From NCBI GenBank assembly GCA_963771355.1, contig CAVYTA010000006.1, positions 1,728,001 to 1,792,000 of the forward strand: a stretch of DNA of 64,000 nucleotides, in the 5' to 3' direction. Every line of letters starts with the position of its first letter. Position 1 is the stretch's first letter. The position numbers and the translations under genes were made by a program. Positions 21,159 through 31,595 of this stretch are shown here, in pieces. The stretch comes from an uncultured Candidatus Rokubacteria bacterium (GTDB lineage Bacteria > Methylomirabilota > Methylomirabilia > Rokubacteriales > CSP1-6). Under the pieces are notes generated by a model, which had not been told where the DNA came from, ran no database searches, and saw nothing but the letters and a program-made list of their open reading frames with translations.

Positions 21159-21506
21159 ATGCCGGTACGCGCGAAAGGCAAGGCCCCTGCCGCCGCCTCG
21201 GTGGGAAGTCAGATCAAGGAGCTCGAGGCGCGGCTGGCCCAGCTCGAGACGATGCTGGCCGAGCTGCGGTCCGAGGCCGGGAGCTCGAGCGGCGCGACGC
21301 GCATCCGCCTGGAGGGCGTGGCCGAGGCGGTGGCCGAGCGGATTGCCGCCACCAAGGCGACGCTCGGCGACTCCGTGACCCGTGTAGGCCGGGCGCTGTC
21401 GAGCTCGCGGGAGCGCGTCGAGCGCGAGGTTTCCGTGTTCACGCGCGGTTTCCGCGCCGGCGTGCGCGCGGGCCGGGCGGCGTACCGAGCGAAGAAGCGG
21501 GGGTAG
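21159..21506 (+). CDS. Hypothetical coiled-coil protein
   Basis: RBS AAGGAG; heptad-like IKELEARLAQLETMLAEL; basic termini. Confidence 0.6.
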   Translation: MPVRAKGKAPAAASVGSQIKELEARLAQLETMLAELRSEAGSSSGATRIRLEGVAEAVAERIAATKATLGDSVTRVGRALSSSRERVEREVSVFTRGFRAGVRAGRAAYRAKKRG

Positions 21507-21548
21507 AATTCGCTTGGAGGCCTCCCGCGGGAGGCCGACAATACCCTG

Positions 21549-22910
21549 ATGCGCTACGTCCTCCTCTGCCCCGACGATCTCCTCGAGCACCTCGCCGCCG
21601 GCACCACCTTCCCGGGCGACGCGCCGGTGTATCTCGTGTCGAGGCCCGCGCTGCGGGGGCGCCTGACCCGGGCGGGCGCCTCGGTGGTGGCCGGCGATCC
21701 CACGGATCCCGACGCCTACCGGAAGGCGGCGAAGCACCATCGCGGCGCGGTGGTGGCGGCCACGCCCAAGTCCCGCCTGGCCCGCGCGGTGGCGGCCGCG
21801 CGCGAGGCCTTTCCGGACGGGCCCGTGCTCGCGGTGACGGATGACGGGCGCGCGGTGCCGGGGGCCACCGTTGTGCCCCTCGGCGCCCTGGGAGAGTCGC
21901 TCATTCGCCCCGCGCTCGACCGGGCCTGCGGCCGGGCGCGAGTGGAGCGGATCCGCGAGCACTTTGCTGCCGCCGAGCGGGTACTCATCCTCATGCAGGA
22001 CGACCCGGATCCCGACGCCATCGCCTCCGCCCTCGCCCTGAAGACCTTGCTGGGCCGCACGCGGACGTCCGCGCCGCTCTGCACCTTCGGCACCATCACG
22101 CGGCCCGAGAACGTGGCCATGTGCAAGATCCTCGAGATCGAGGTCGAGGAGATCAGCGCACGGGAGATCGACCAGTTCGACCGCGTGGCCATGGTGGACG
22201 TGCAGCCGTCGTTCCTCGAGGAGCGCTTCCCCGACGTGGACCTCGTGATCGACCATCACCCGGTGGAGCGGCCCATCAAGACGCACATCAAGGACGTGCG
22301 TCCCGCCTACGGCGCCACCTCCACCATCCTGGTGGAATACCTCCGGGCCGCCGACGTGAAGATCAGCCAGCGGCTGGCCACCGCGCTGCTGTACGGGATC
22401 AAGTCCGACACGCTCGGCCTGGAGCGCGGCGGCACCAAGGCCGACCTCGACGCCTTCGCGTACCTCTACCTCCTCGCCAACCACAATGCCCTGCGCCGCA
22501 TCGAGCGGCCGGAGCTGTCCGACACCGCCCTGGACGTCCTCGCCCAGGGCCTGGCCCGGCGGCGGGTCCTCCACGGCGTCTTCTTCTCCCACCTCGGATC
22601 GGTGGCGGTGGCGGACCTCGTTCCGCTGTTCGCCGACTTCGGGCTGCAGGCCGAGGGCGTGGAGTGGTCGGTGGTGTCGGGCGTGGTGGGCGCCGAGGTG
22701 CACATCTCCATCCGCAACGTGGGCTATGTCAGGAGCGCGGGCGAGGTCGCGCGGGCGGCCTTCGGGGATCTGGGCTCCGCCGGCGGCCACCGCACCATGG
22801 CCAAGGCGGTGATCCCGCTCGCACGCCTCGGCGGCGAGGATGGGCGTGCCATCCAGGACCGCGTGGTCCAGCGTTTCCTGCGGGCGCTGGGCGGCAACGG
22901 CAAGGGGTGA
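21549..22910 (+). CDS. DHH family phosphoesterase with degenerate N-terminal RCK/TrkA-N-like domain
   Basis: DPDPDA, VDV, IDHH, YGATSTI, SDT and SAGGH motifs; N-terminal 'VVAGDPTDPDAY'. Confidence 0.88.
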   Translation: MRYVLLCPDDLLEHLAAGTTFPGDAPVYLVSRPALRGRLTRAGASVVAGDPTDPDAYRKAAKHHRGAVVAATPKSRLARAVAAAREAFPDGPVLAVTDDGRAVPGATVVPLGALGESLIRPALDRACGRARVERIREHFAAAERVLILMQDDPDPDAIASALALKTLLGRTRTSAPLCTFGTITRPENVAMCKILEIEVEEISAREIDQFDRVAMVDVQPSFLEERFPDVDLVIDHHPVERPIKTHIKDVRPAYGATSTILVEYLRAADVKISQRLATALLYGIKSDTLGLERGGTKADLDAFAYLYLLANHNALRRIERPELSDTALDVLAQGLARRRVLHGVFFSHLGSVAVADLVPLFADFGLQAEGVEWSVVSGVVGAEVHISIRNVGYVRSAGEVARAAFGDLGSAGGHRTMAKAVIPLARLGGEDGRAIQDRVVQRFLRALGGNGKG

Positions 22911-22916
22911 CCGGCG

Positions 22917-23192
22917 ATGGTGGTCGTCTACCTCCTCCTGGTGCTGATCGGCGCGGCCACCGCCATCTTTGCCATCCAGAACACCGACCCGGTGGTGATC
23001 CGATTCATCAGCTGGCGCGTGGAGGGGATGCCGCTGGCCCTGGTGATCCTGCTCTCGGTGCTGGTGGGACTCTTCGTCGGCTCCACCGTGGGGCTGATCC
23101 AGCAGTTCCGGCTCCGCGCCCGGATCCGGCATCTCGAGCGCATGCCCCCGCCGAGCCCGCCACCGGCTCCGGCGCCGCCGCCACCCCCGTGA
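22917..23192 (+). CDS. LapA (DUF1049) family membrane protein
   Basis: IFAIQNTDPVVIRF and PLALVILLSVLVG motifs; Pro-rich tail. Confidence 0.85.
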   Translation: MVVVYLLLVLIGAATAIFAIQNTDPVVIRFISWRVEGMPLALVILLSVLVGLFVGSTVGLIQQFRLRARIRHLERMPPPSPPPAPAPPPPP

Positions 23193-23193
23193 G

Positions 23194-24543
23194 ATGGAGC
23201 ACACCACCGCGAAGCTCGGCGAGACCATTCGCGACCTCCTCGAGGGAGGGCGGCACGAGCGCCTCGCCCAGATCCTGGAGGAGGCGCACGCGGCCGACAT
23301 CGCCGCCGCCCTCCGCGACCTTCCCCTCGTCGAGCAGGTCACGCTCTTCCGCCTCCTGAACCGCGAGCAGGCGGGCGCGGTGCTGTCGGAGCTGGACGAT
23401 CAGCCGCTACTCGAGCTGGTGCGGGCCCTGGACGAGGCCGAGATCTCCGGCATCCTCGACCGCATGCAGCCGGACGATGCGGCCCAGGTCATCGAGGAGC
23501 TCCCCGACGAGCAGGCGGAGAAAGTCCTCGACCTCATGAAGGAGCAGCAATCCGAGGACGTCCAGGAGCTGCTCGAGTACCGGGAGAAGACCGCCGGGCG
23601 CATCATGTCGCCCGACGTGCTCGCCGTCCACGAGTATGCCGCCGTGGCCCAGGCCATCGACCATGTCCGCAAGGCCCCCACCGCCGAGTCGGCCCACTAC
23701 CTCTATCTGGTGGACGATCACGACCACCTCGTCGGCGTGCTGCCGCTGCGGCGTCTCCTCACCGCGGATCCGTCCACCCCCATCCGGCTCCTCGCCCAGG
23801 AGGACGTGGTGACGGTGACGCCGGACACCGATCAGGAGGAGGTCGCGCGCCTGGTCGCGAAGTACGACATCGTGACGCTCCCCGTGGTGGACCGGGACCA
23901 CCGCCTCCTCGGCGTCATCACCGTCGACGACGTCATCGACGTCATCCGCGAGGAGGCCACCGAGGACATCCAGCGGCTGGCCGGCGCCGCCGGCGACGAG
24001 ACCGTCTTCGACCCGCCCGCGGTGGTGTTCCCCAAGCGCCTGCTCTGGCGGTTCATCAATCTGGCCACCGCCATCCTCGCCGCCTCCGTCATCGGCCTCT
24101 TCGAGGGCTCCATCAAGTCGCTCGCCACCCTGGCCATCTTCATGCCCATCGTGGCTTCCATGGGGGGCATCGGCACCACGCAGACCGCCACCGTGGTCGT
24201 GCGCGGCCTCGCCCTGGGCGACATGACCTCGGCGCATCTCTGGCGCGTGCTCAAGAAGGAGCTCTGGCTCGGCCTCACCACCGGCGCCGCCAACGCGGTG
24301 GTCATGGCGGCGATCGCCTACGTGTGGAAGGGGCAGCTCCTGCTGTCCCTGATCATCGGCACCGCGCTGGTCTTCAACATGCTGGTGGCTGCGGTGGTGG
24401 GCGTCACCATACCCATAGCGCTCAAGACGTTTCGGATCGACCCCGCCATTGCCTCCAGTGTTATCATCACCACATTCACGGATGTCTGTGGCTTCTTCTC
24501 CTTCCTCGGGCTTGCCACCCTGCTCATCACATTCCTCCTGTGA
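23194..24543 (+). CDS. mgtE: Magnesium transporter MgtE
   Basis: MgtE N-domain, TAGRIM, a CBS pair, GVITVDDVID and TM region with ITTFTDVCG. Confidence 0.95.
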   Translation: MEHTTAKLGETIRDLLEGGRHERLAQILEEAHAADIAAALRDLPLVEQVTLFRLLNREQAGAVLSELDDQPLLELVRALDEAEISGILDRMQPDDAAQVIEELPDEQAEKVLDLMKEQQSEDVQELLEYREKTAGRIMSPDVLAVHEYAAVAQAIDHVRKAPTAESAHYLYLVDDHDHLVGVLPLRRLLTADPSTPIRLLAQEDVVTVTPDTDQEEVARLVAKYDIVTLPVVDRDHRLLGVITVDDVIDVIREEATEDIQRLAGAAGDETVFDPPAVVFPKRLLWRFINLATAILAASVIGLFEGSIKSLATLAIFMPIVASMGGIGTTQTATVVVRGLALGDMTSAHLWRVLKKELWLGLTTGAANAVVMAAIAYVWKGQLLLSLIIGTALVFNMLVAAVVGVTIPIALKTFRIDPAIASSVIITTFTDVCGFFSFLGLATLLITFLL

Positions 24544-24649
24544 TTCCGGGAGGTAAGAAAGCACTTGGCAAGCCCTTGGCGCGTATGTTAAACCTTCGCA
24601 CGTTGGCCTGCGCCTCACCGGACCGACGGCACCAGGGAGGGCTGCGAGC

Positions 24650-25279
24650 GTGGACGTAGCGCTGGAAAAGCGGCAGGTCAAGCGAGCCTACAAGCTGTAC
24701 GCGCCGGCGTACGATCTGGTCTTCGACTGGATTTTCCATCCCGGCCGTGAGGCGGCGGTCAGGCTGTGCGACATCCGTTCCGGCCACCACGTGCTCGAGG
24801 TGGGCATCGGCACCGGGCTCAACCTCCCGCTCTACCCGAAGTGGAGTCGCATCACCGGCATCGATCTCTCCGAGGAGATGCTGCGCAAGGCGCAGGAGCG
24901 CGTGCGCGAGCAGCATCAGACCAACGTGACGCTGCGGGCGATGGATGCCACCGTCATGGACTTCCCCGAGAACGAGTTCGATTCCGCGCTGGCGACCTAC
25001 ACCATCAGCGCGGTACCGGATCCGGTCGGCGTGCTCCGCGAGATGAAGCGGGTGGTGAAGCCGGGCGGCAGCATCGTGGTGCTCAACCACTTCCGCAGCG
25101 ACCGGCGGATGGTGGGCCGCATCGAGGACCTGGTGGCGCCCGTCTGCACACGGCTGGGCTGGAAGTCCAATCTCTTGCTGGAGCCGCTCCTGGCCCGGGT
25201 CGGGCTCGAGCCAGAGATCTCCGCCAAGGTCAATCTCTTCAACGGCTGGCGCCTGATCAAGTGCATGAATCGGAAGTAG
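24650..25279 (+). CDS. Class I SAM methyltransferase, phospholipid N-methyltransferase (PmtA-like)
   Basis: YAPAYDLVF, VLEVGIGTGLNL, GIDLSEEML and VLNHF motifs. Confidence 0.8.
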   Translation: MDVALEKRQVKRAYKLYAPAYDLVFDWIFHPGREAAVRLCDIRSGHHVLEVGIGTGLNLPLYPKWSRITGIDLSEEMLRKAQERVREQHQTNVTLRAMDATVMDFPENEFDSALATYTISAVPDPVGVLREMKRVVKPGGSIVVLNHFRSDRRMVGRIEDLVAPVCTRLGWKSNLLLEPLLARVGLEPEISAKVNLFNGWRLIKCMNRK

Positions 25280-25346
25280 CGCGGGCCGCCGGCGGCCGCC
25301 CGCGCCGCTAGACCGATCCCTCCGAGCCGAGCGAGGGGAGGCGGGC

Positions 25347-26360
25347 ATGGGCAGGATCGCCTGGCTCGCGGTCGCCATCGTCGTCGTCCTCCCGGCCATT
25401 CCCGCCGCCGGCTTGGCTCTGCGCACCGGCTTCTTCTTGACCGAATTCCTGTCCGACGGCCGCTGGCCCGCGCTCTCCGCCGTCACCGCCGAGCCCCGGG
25501 TACGGCCCCTCCCCGCGCGTGCCGGCGCGCGCGAGATCCCCGCCGACCTCTACGCGAGCGGCCATCCGGCCACGCGGCCCGGCCTCATCCTCGTCCACGG
25601 GCTCAGCGTCGAGGGCAAAGACGACGCGCGCCTCCGCGAGGCGGCGCGGCTGCTGGCCCGGGCGGGCTGGACGGTGGCGGTGCCGACGGTGGAGGGCCTC
25701 ACGCGGCTGCGGCTGCGCCCGGAGGACGCGGACGCGGTGACGGCGGCGGGCCGGGCGCTGCGCGCCGAGGGCGTCCGCCCCATCGCCGTGCTGGCGGTGA
25801 GCGTGGGCGCGGGCCCCGCCCTGGCCGCCGCCGCGGATCCCGCGCTCGCCGGGGACGTCTCCGCGGTGCTCACCCTCGGGGGCTACGCCTCCGCCCGCGA
25901 GCTGCTGCGCCATACGTTGACCGGGGCGGGCGAACGGGAAGGACGCGGACGCCCGGACGAGAGCGCCATCGCGGCCTTCGTGACGGCGAACCCCGAGCTG
26001 ATGGACGAGGCGGGCCGGCGGCTCGCGGGCAATCGTGACCCCGCCGCGGCGGACGCCCTCCTCGCCGAGCTGCCGGAGTCCACCCAGCGGCTGCTGGACG
26101 CGCTCTCCCCCGCGCGCTACGTGGAGGCCCTGCGCGCGCCGCTCTTCCTCGTGCACGGGCACGACGATCCCGCGGTACCGGTGTCGGAGAGCCGGCGGCT
26201 GGCGGAGAGGGCCGCGCGGGCGGGCCGCCCGGCGCGGCTCGCGATGGTGAGCTCGGTGGGCCACGTGGAGCCCGGAGCGGGCGGGCGCCTCGCCGAGCTG
26301 GCACGGCTCGGCGCCCTCTTCCACGCCTTCGCCGCTACTTCGGCCGGGCCAGTCCCATGA
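25347..26360 (+). CDS. Membrane-anchored alpha/beta hydrolase fold protein
   Basis: ILVHG, AVSVGAG nucleophile elbow, LVHGHDDPAVP and C-terminal His (GH). Confidence 0.75.
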   Translation: MGRIAWLAVAIVVVLPAIPAAGLALRTGFFLTEFLSDGRWPALSAVTAEPRVRPLPARAGAREIPADLYASGHPATRPGLILVHGLSVEGKDDARLREAARLLARAGWTVAVPTVEGLTRLRLRPEDADAVTAAGRALRAEGVRPIAVLAVSVGAGPALAAAADPALAGDVSAVLTLGGYASARELLRHTLTGAGEREGRGRPDESAIAAFVTANPELMDEAGRRLAGNRDPAAADALLAELPESTQRLLDALSPARYVEALRAPLFLVHGHDDPAVPVSESRRLAERAARAGRPARLAMVSSVGHVEPGAGGRLAELARLGALFHAFAATSAGPVP

Positions 26361-27246
26361 GGCTGACCGCATCACGCACGGGATCGTAGTCGGCGTCGTC
26401 AGCCTCGACGAAGCCGTCGATGTTGTAGATGTTCTTGAGCACCGCCGCGTGCTCGGGGCCCTTCATGGCGAGAAGCGCGCTCTTCACCCGCGCCACCGCG
26501 TCGGGGGGAAGTCCGGGCCGAGCGCAGATTCCCGCCTCGGGAATCGGCGGGGTCTCGCCCACGAAGGTCAGGCGGGCGATGAGAGCGGGATCCTTGAGCT
26601 CCAGCTCGGGGGACTTGTCGAAGGACGCCGCGGCGTCCACCCGGCCCTGGATGAGCGAGCGCAGCGCCGAGTCGTGCGTCCCGGCGAAGAGGGCCTCCTT
26701 GAAGAAGGTCTTGGGATCGCGGTCGCGCACCAGTCCCTGCTTGATGAGGAGCATCATCGGGTAGATGTAGCCCGAGCTCGACGCGGGGTCCACGAAGGCC
26801 ACCGTCTTACCGCGCAGGTCCTCCACGCGCTGGATGCCGCTGTCCCGGCGAACGTAGAAGCGCGCGGTATAGGCGGTCTTGCCCTGCCAGATGTCGCGAA
26901 CCAGGATGAGGCAGCCCGCCTCGCGGTGGGCGAGGACGTAGCCCACCGGATGCACGAAGGCCAGATCCACGCGGCGGCTCCGCAAGGCCTCCACCACGCC
27001 CGCGTAGTCAGACGCCACCTGCGCGCGCATCGGCACGCCTGAGAGGCGCGTGATGGTCCGGACGAAGGCGTCGCCCGCCTCCTGGAGGGCGGCGGGATCG
27101 CGCGACGGAGTGAGCGCCATCGTGAGCGGGGCGTCGGCCGCCCGCGCGGCCGCGAGGGGGAGGAAGCTCCCCGCTCCCGCCAGGGCGAGTCCCAGCGCGA
27201 CGGGGAGGAGCGCGGCGAGCAGAACGAGCCCGCGCCGGCGGCTCAC
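26335..27246 (-). CDS. PhnD-family phosphate/phosphite/phosphonate-binding protein
   Basis: ASDYAGVVEAL, AFVDPASSSGYIYP and FAGTHDS motifs; signal peptide. Confidence 0.88.
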   Translation of the reverse strand: MSRRRGLVLLAALLPVALGLALAGAGSFLPLAAARAADAPLTMALTPSRDPAALQEAGDAFVRTITRLSGVPMRAQVASDYAGVVEALRSRRVDLAFVHPVGYVLAHREAGCLILVRDIWQGKTAYTARFYVRRDSGIQRVEDLRGKTVAFVDPASSSGYIYPMMLLIKQGLVRDRDPKTFFKEALFAGTHDSALRSLIQGRVDAAASFDKSPELELKDPALIARLTFVGETPPIPEAGICARPGLPPDAVARVKSALLAMKGPEHAAVLKNIYNIDGFVEADDADYDPVRDAVSLMGLARPK

Positions 27247-28682
27247 CGGGCGGACACGTCCCCGCGCGCGGCGGCCGACTCATCGTCCCGGCGTATCCCC
27301 CACCCGGCCAGCCGCGCCAGGAGGGTGTTCCGGTGCACGCCGAGACTGCGGGCGGCTCGGCTCTGGTTCCAGTTCTCCCGCTCCAGCGCCCGCAGGATGT
27401 ACACCTGCTCGAAGCGGTCGCGCGCTTCCTTGAGCGACAGCGCCGCCCCCGCGCCCGGCCCGCGCGCGGGCTCGTCGTGGATGGCCAGGTCGAGCGGAAG
27501 ATCGTCGAGGCGGATCACCGCGCGGGTGGCCAGGGCCACGCTGCGCTCGATCACGTTCTCGAGCTCCCGGACATTGCCGGGCCAGTCATAGGCAGCCAGC
27601 GACGGCAGCGCGCCGCGGGAGATGCCGCGCACGTCCTTCTTGAACTCTCGCGCGTACTTGCGGATGAAATGCTCGACCAGGATGGGAATGTCGTCCTTCC
27701 GCTCGCGCAGGGGCGGGATGGCGAGGGTGGCCACGTTGAGCCGGTAGAAGAGATCCTCGCGGAAGGCCCGCGCGCGCACCAGGTGGCGCAGGTCCGCGTT
27801 GGTGGCGGCGATCACCCGGACGTCCACCGGAATGGTCCGCGTGCCGCCCAGCCGCTCCACCTCGCGCTCCTGCAGGGCGCGCAGCAGCTTGGCCTGGAGA
27901 TCTATCCGCAGGCTGCCCACCTCGTCGAGGAACAGGGTGCCCCCATGGGCGAGCTCGAAGCGGCCGAGCTTGCGCGAGTGGGCCCCCGTGAAAGCCCCTT
28001 TCTCGTGGCCGAACATCTCCGACTCGAAGAGCCCGTCGGGAATGGCGGCGACGTTGACGGCGACGAAGGGGGCGTCGCGTCGGGGGCTCTGGCGGTGCAC
28101 CGCGCGCGCCACCAGCTCCTTGCCGGTCCCGCTCTCCCCGGTGACGAGCACGGTGGCATGCGTCTGCGCCACCTGGGCGACGTGCTCGTAGAGGCGGACC
28201 ATGGCGGGGTGGCGGCCCACCAGGGAGTCGAAGCCATGCGCGCGATCCAGCTCGGCCCGGAGATAGCACACCTCGCGCTCGAGCACCCGCTGCTGCGCGG
28301 CCTGCCGCACCAGGAGGTGGATCTCGTCCACGTCGAAGGGCTTGACGATGTAGTCGTACGCGCCCGCCTTGATGGCGTCCACCGCGGTGCGGACGTCCGG
28401 CACCGCCGTCATCAGGATCACCGCGATGGAATCGTCGAGCGCCAGGATCCTGGGCAGCACCACCGGGCCGCGCTCGCCGGGCAGCCGCACATCGAGCATG
28501 GCCACGTCCACCCGGCGCGAGCGCACCAGCTCGAGACCGGCGGCACCGTCTTCCGCCTCGAGCACCTCGAAGTCAAGCTTGAGGATCTCCCGCAGCGACT
28601 CGCGCACCCCGGGCTCGTCGTCGATGACGAGCACCACGGGCAGAGGCCGGTAGACGTGCGTGGGATCGAGCTCGGCGGACAC
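27243..28682 (-). CDS. Sigma-54-dependent response regulator (no adjacent kinase)
   Basis: Receiver domain, GESGTGKE, GAFTGA, WPGNVRELEN and HTH. Confidence 0.95.
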   Translation of the reverse strand: MSAELDPTHVYRPLPVVLVIDDEPGVRESLREILKLDFEVLEAEDGAAGLELVRSRRVDVAMLDVRLPGERGPVVLPRILALDDSIAVILMTAVPDVRTAVDAIKAGAYDYIVKPFDVDEIHLLVRQAAQQRVLEREVCYLRAELDRAHGFDSLVGRHPAMVRLYEHVAQVAQTHATVLVTGESGTGKELVARAVHRQSPRRDAPFVAVNVAAIPDGLFESEMFGHEKGAFTGAHSRKLGRFELAHGGTLFLDEVGSLRIDLQAKLLRALQEREVERLGGTRTIPVDVRVIAATNADLRHLVRARAFREDLFYRLNVATLAIPPLRERKDDIPILVEHFIRKYAREFKKDVRGISRGALPSLAAYDWPGNVRELENVIERSVALATRAVIRLDDLPLDLAIHDEPARGPGAGAALSLKEARDRFEQVYILRALERENWNQSRAARSLGVHRNTLLARLAGWGIRRDDESAAARGDVSAR

Positions 28683-28687
28683 AGGGC

Positions 28688-30160
28688 TCAGGGCTTGGAG
28701 GGCTCGGCCGACTTGAGCACGACATACTCGTTGCCGCCGCCGCCCCGCTGGATGTACACCGGGACCACGTCGCCCGGCCGTACCGCCCCCATCGACTCAC
28801 GGAAGCTGTCCACCCCGGTGATGGGGCGGCGGTTCACCTCGAGGATGGCGTCGCCGGGCCGGATGCCGGCCTCGGCTCCCGCGCTGCCCGCCCTGACCTC
28901 CGTGACCACCACCCCCGCGCGGGCGGCAAGGCCGAAGCGCTCCGCGGACTCCGCGGTGAGTGGCTCCACGGTGAGGCCGAGCCGCTCCTCGCGCGGCTGG
29001 GCCACCACCGGGACTTCCTCCGAGGGCTGCTCGCCGATGCGCACCGAGAGCCGGGTGGGCCGCTTGTCGCGGATGACCGTGAGGGCGGCCGGCTTGCCCG
29101 GCTCGACGGCGGCCACGCGCTTCTGGAGGTCGGTGACCTCCTTGATGGGCATCCCCGCGAACTCCACGATGACATCGCCGGCGCGCATCCCCGCGCCTTC
29201 CGCGGGTCCGTCATGCACCACGTCGGAGACGAGCACGCCGCCGGCGTTCGGGAGGCCGAAGCCCGCGGCGAGATCCGGAGTGAGATCCTGGATCACGATG
29301 CCCAGCCAGCCGCGCACCACGCGGCCGCGGGCAATGAGCTGGTCCAGGACCTCGCGGGCCATGTTGATGGGGATGGAGAACCCGATACCCTGTCCGGTGG
29401 CGACGATGGCGGTGTTGATGCCGATGACGCGGCCCTGGAGATTGAGCAGCGGCCCCCCCGAGTTGCCCGGATTGATGGAGGCGTCGGTCTGGATGAACGC
29501 CTCATACGTGGCCACCCCCACGCGAGTGCGACCGGTGGCGGAGATGATGCCCACCGTCACCGTGCGGTCGAGGCCGAAGGGATTGCCGATGGCCACCGCC
29601 CACTGTCCCACCCGCAGCCGATCGGAGTCCCCCAGCTCCGCGACCGGGAGCGTGCCCGGGGGCGCCTCGATCTTCAGCACGGCCAGGTCGGTCTTGGGGT
29701 CCCGTCCCACCAGGGTCCCCTTGAACTTGCGGTCGTCCGACAGCCCGACCTCGATCTCGGCCGCGCTCTCCACCACGTGATTGTTGGTGAGGATATAGCC
29801 GCGGGGATCGACGATGACGCCGGACCCGCCGGCGCGGCCCTCATCGCGCGGCGAGCGGCGCCGGAAGAAGCGGTCGAAGAACTCCGGACCGAAGAACTCC
29901 TTGAAGCGCTCTTCCATCTCCGGCCGCTCGGGCGCCTCCGAGACGGCGGGAGCGCGCTTGGACTTGACGTTCACGTTGACCACCGCCGGCATCACGCGGT
30001 CGGCCACGGCGACGAAGGCGGTTTCCAGCGCCTCCAGGATACGCGCCGACTCGGGCGGCACCGGCGCCGGCCGCTGGGCGCGGGCGGAGGCCGGCGCGAG
30101 CAGCAGCAGCGCGGCGAGCGCGAGCATGCCGAGCGCGAGGGAGCCGCGGACGATGCGCAT
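28688..30160 (-). CDS. degQ: Do/DegQ family serine endoprotease with 2 PDZ domains
   Basis: Catalytic triad motifs TNNHV, DLAV and INPGNSGG; two PDZ domains; signal peptide. Confidence 0.93.
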   Translation of the reverse strand: MRIVRGSLALGMLALAALLLLAPASARAQRPAPVPPESARILEALETAFVAVADRVMPAVVNVNVKSKRAPAVSEAPERPEMEERFKEFFGPEFFDRFFRRRSPRDEGRAGGSGVIVDPRGYILTNNHVVESAAEIEVGLSDDRKFKGTLVGRDPKTDLAVLKIEAPPGTLPVAELGDSDRLRVGQWAVAIGNPFGLDRTVTVGIISATGRTRVGVATYEAFIQTDASINPGNSGGPLLNLQGRVIGINTAIVATGQGIGFSIPINMAREVLDQLIARGRVVRGWLGIVIQDLTPDLAAGFGLPNAGGVLVSDVVHDGPAEGAGMRAGDVIVEFAGMPIKEVTDLQKRVAAVEPGKPAALTVIRDKRPTRLSVRIGEQPSEEVPVVAQPREERLGLTVEPLTAESAERFGLAARAGVVVTEVRAGSAGAEAGIRPGDAILEVNRRPITGVDSFRESMGAVRPGDVVPVYIQRGGGGNEYVVLKSAEPSKP

Positions 30161-30185
30161 GGGGACTTAACCTCCGGCGGGCATC

Positions 30186-31595
30186 TTACCCCGGCGCCGG
30201 AGGCACCGCCAGCGGAGAAGCGAGTGTCACCTCGAGGATACGGCGCGTATCGTCGGTAACCGGTGCCGCCCGACCCCGGCGGAGCCCCGCGACCCAGATG
30301 ATCTCGCCATCGGCCTCGAGCAGCGGGATGCGCGAGCGCTCCCAGCGCGGGATGCCCGCGTCGATGAGGAAGGTCTTGAGCCGCCGCTCTCCCGGTCCCC
30401 CCCACGGCAGGAAGCGATCGCCGACACGCCGCGCCCGCACGGTGAGCCGGGCCGGGACGCGATCGGCATCGAACTCGGCACGGGCGGGATCGTGGGCGGG
30501 CATCCAGCCCCCGGGACGGACGAAGCAGCGCGCGGAGAGCCGCGTGCCCAGCTCGGGCAGCGGCAGCTCGCCCGGCACCTGCCAGGCGCGCTCGCGGAGA
30601 TCCGCGCCGGGCGCGGCGCCCACGCGCACCCACCGGCCGCTGCGCTCGCAGCGCACCCGCCCGAGCCGGACGGCCCGCGGCCGGCCCCCGGCGAGCACGA
30701 GGCGCAGCGCGCGCTCGCCGGCCGCGCGCTGCGCGCCGCCGCCCCCGAGGCCCGCCGCCGCCGCGCGCAGGACCTCGGCGGCCAGCTCGCCGGGCAGGCG
30801 CTCGAGCTCGTGGGCGGGCAGGACGATGGCGCCGGACACGGCGCGGCCGAGCGCGGCCACGATCGCCCGCGCCTCCGTCTCGAGCGCCGACTCCAGGGCG
30901 CGGGCCCGCGCGGCGCCGCGGGTGAGCCGCTCCACCGCGTCGATGTCCCAGGCCGCCACTAGGAACGGCAGGACGTCGTGGCGGATCCGGTTGCGCAGGA
31001 AGCGCGGATCGGCATTCGAAGCGTCATCACGCCACCCAATTCCGCGAGCCAAGAGGTGCGCCTCGATGAGATGCCGGCGCGTCTCGAGCAGCGGCCGGAT
31101 ATAGGGGCCCCGCACGGGCGCGATGCCGCCGAGACCGCGCGGGCCGGCCCCGTCGAGCAGCCGCATCACCACCGTCTCTGCCTGGTCGTCGGCGGTGTGC
31201 CCGGTGGCCACGCAGTCGGCGCCGGTGGCGGCGGCGACGCGCCGGAAGGCGGCATAGCGGGCGCGGCGCGCCGCGGCCTCGAGCCCGTCCCAGGCGCCGC
31301 CCGGCCCGGGCCGGGCGATCTCCACCCGCTCAACGCGCAGCGGAATGCCCCGGGCGCAGCACAGGTCCGTCACGAAGGCGGCGTCCGCCGCCGACTCGGG
31401 GCGGAGACCGTGGTCGACGTGCACGGCGTGGAGCGTGAGACCGAGCGAGGGAGCCAGCGTGTGGAGGACGTCGAGGAGCGCGACGGAGTCGGCGCCGCCG
31501 GAGACCGCCGCCAAGACAGCTTCGCCGCCGCGGAGCATCCCGTGGCGGCGAATGGTGGCCAGACAGCGAGCGGGCAGGCTAGTGGCGGTGGTCAC
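30186..31595 (-). CDS. tilS: tRNA(Ile)-lysidine synthetase
   Basis: PP-loop AVSGGADS, HVDHGLR, GHTADDQAET, RNRIRH and TilS C-terminal domain; start GTG 31595 inferred. Confidence 0.93.
   Translation of the reverse strand: MTTATSLPARCLATIRRHGMLRGGEAVLAAVSGGADSVALLDVLHTLAPSLGLTLHAVHVDHGLRPESAADAAFVTDLCCARGIPLRVERVEIARPGPGGAWDGLEAAARRARYAAFRRVAAATGADCVATGHTADDQAETVVMRLLDGAGPRGLGGIAPVRGPYIRPLLETRRHLIEAHLLARGIGWRDDASNADPRFLRNRIRHDVLPFLVAAWDIDAVERLTRGAARARALESALETEARAIVAALGRAVSGAIVLPAHELERLPGELAAEVLRAAAAGLGGGGAQRAAGERALRLVLAGGRPRAVRLGRVRCERSGRWVRVGAAPGADLRERAWQVPGELPLPELGTRLSARCFVRPGGWMPAHDPARAEFDADRVPARLTVRARRVGDRFLPWGGPGERRLKTFLIDAGIPRWERSRIPLLEADGEIIWVAGLRRGRAAPVTDDTRRILEVTLASPLAVPPAPG

Noticed and set aside
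24567..24581. Sigma-54 promoter upstream of the PmtA-like gene (TGGCAA-GCCCT-TGGC)
   Set aside because: Mismatches in both elements and no enhancer seen; too weak to call.
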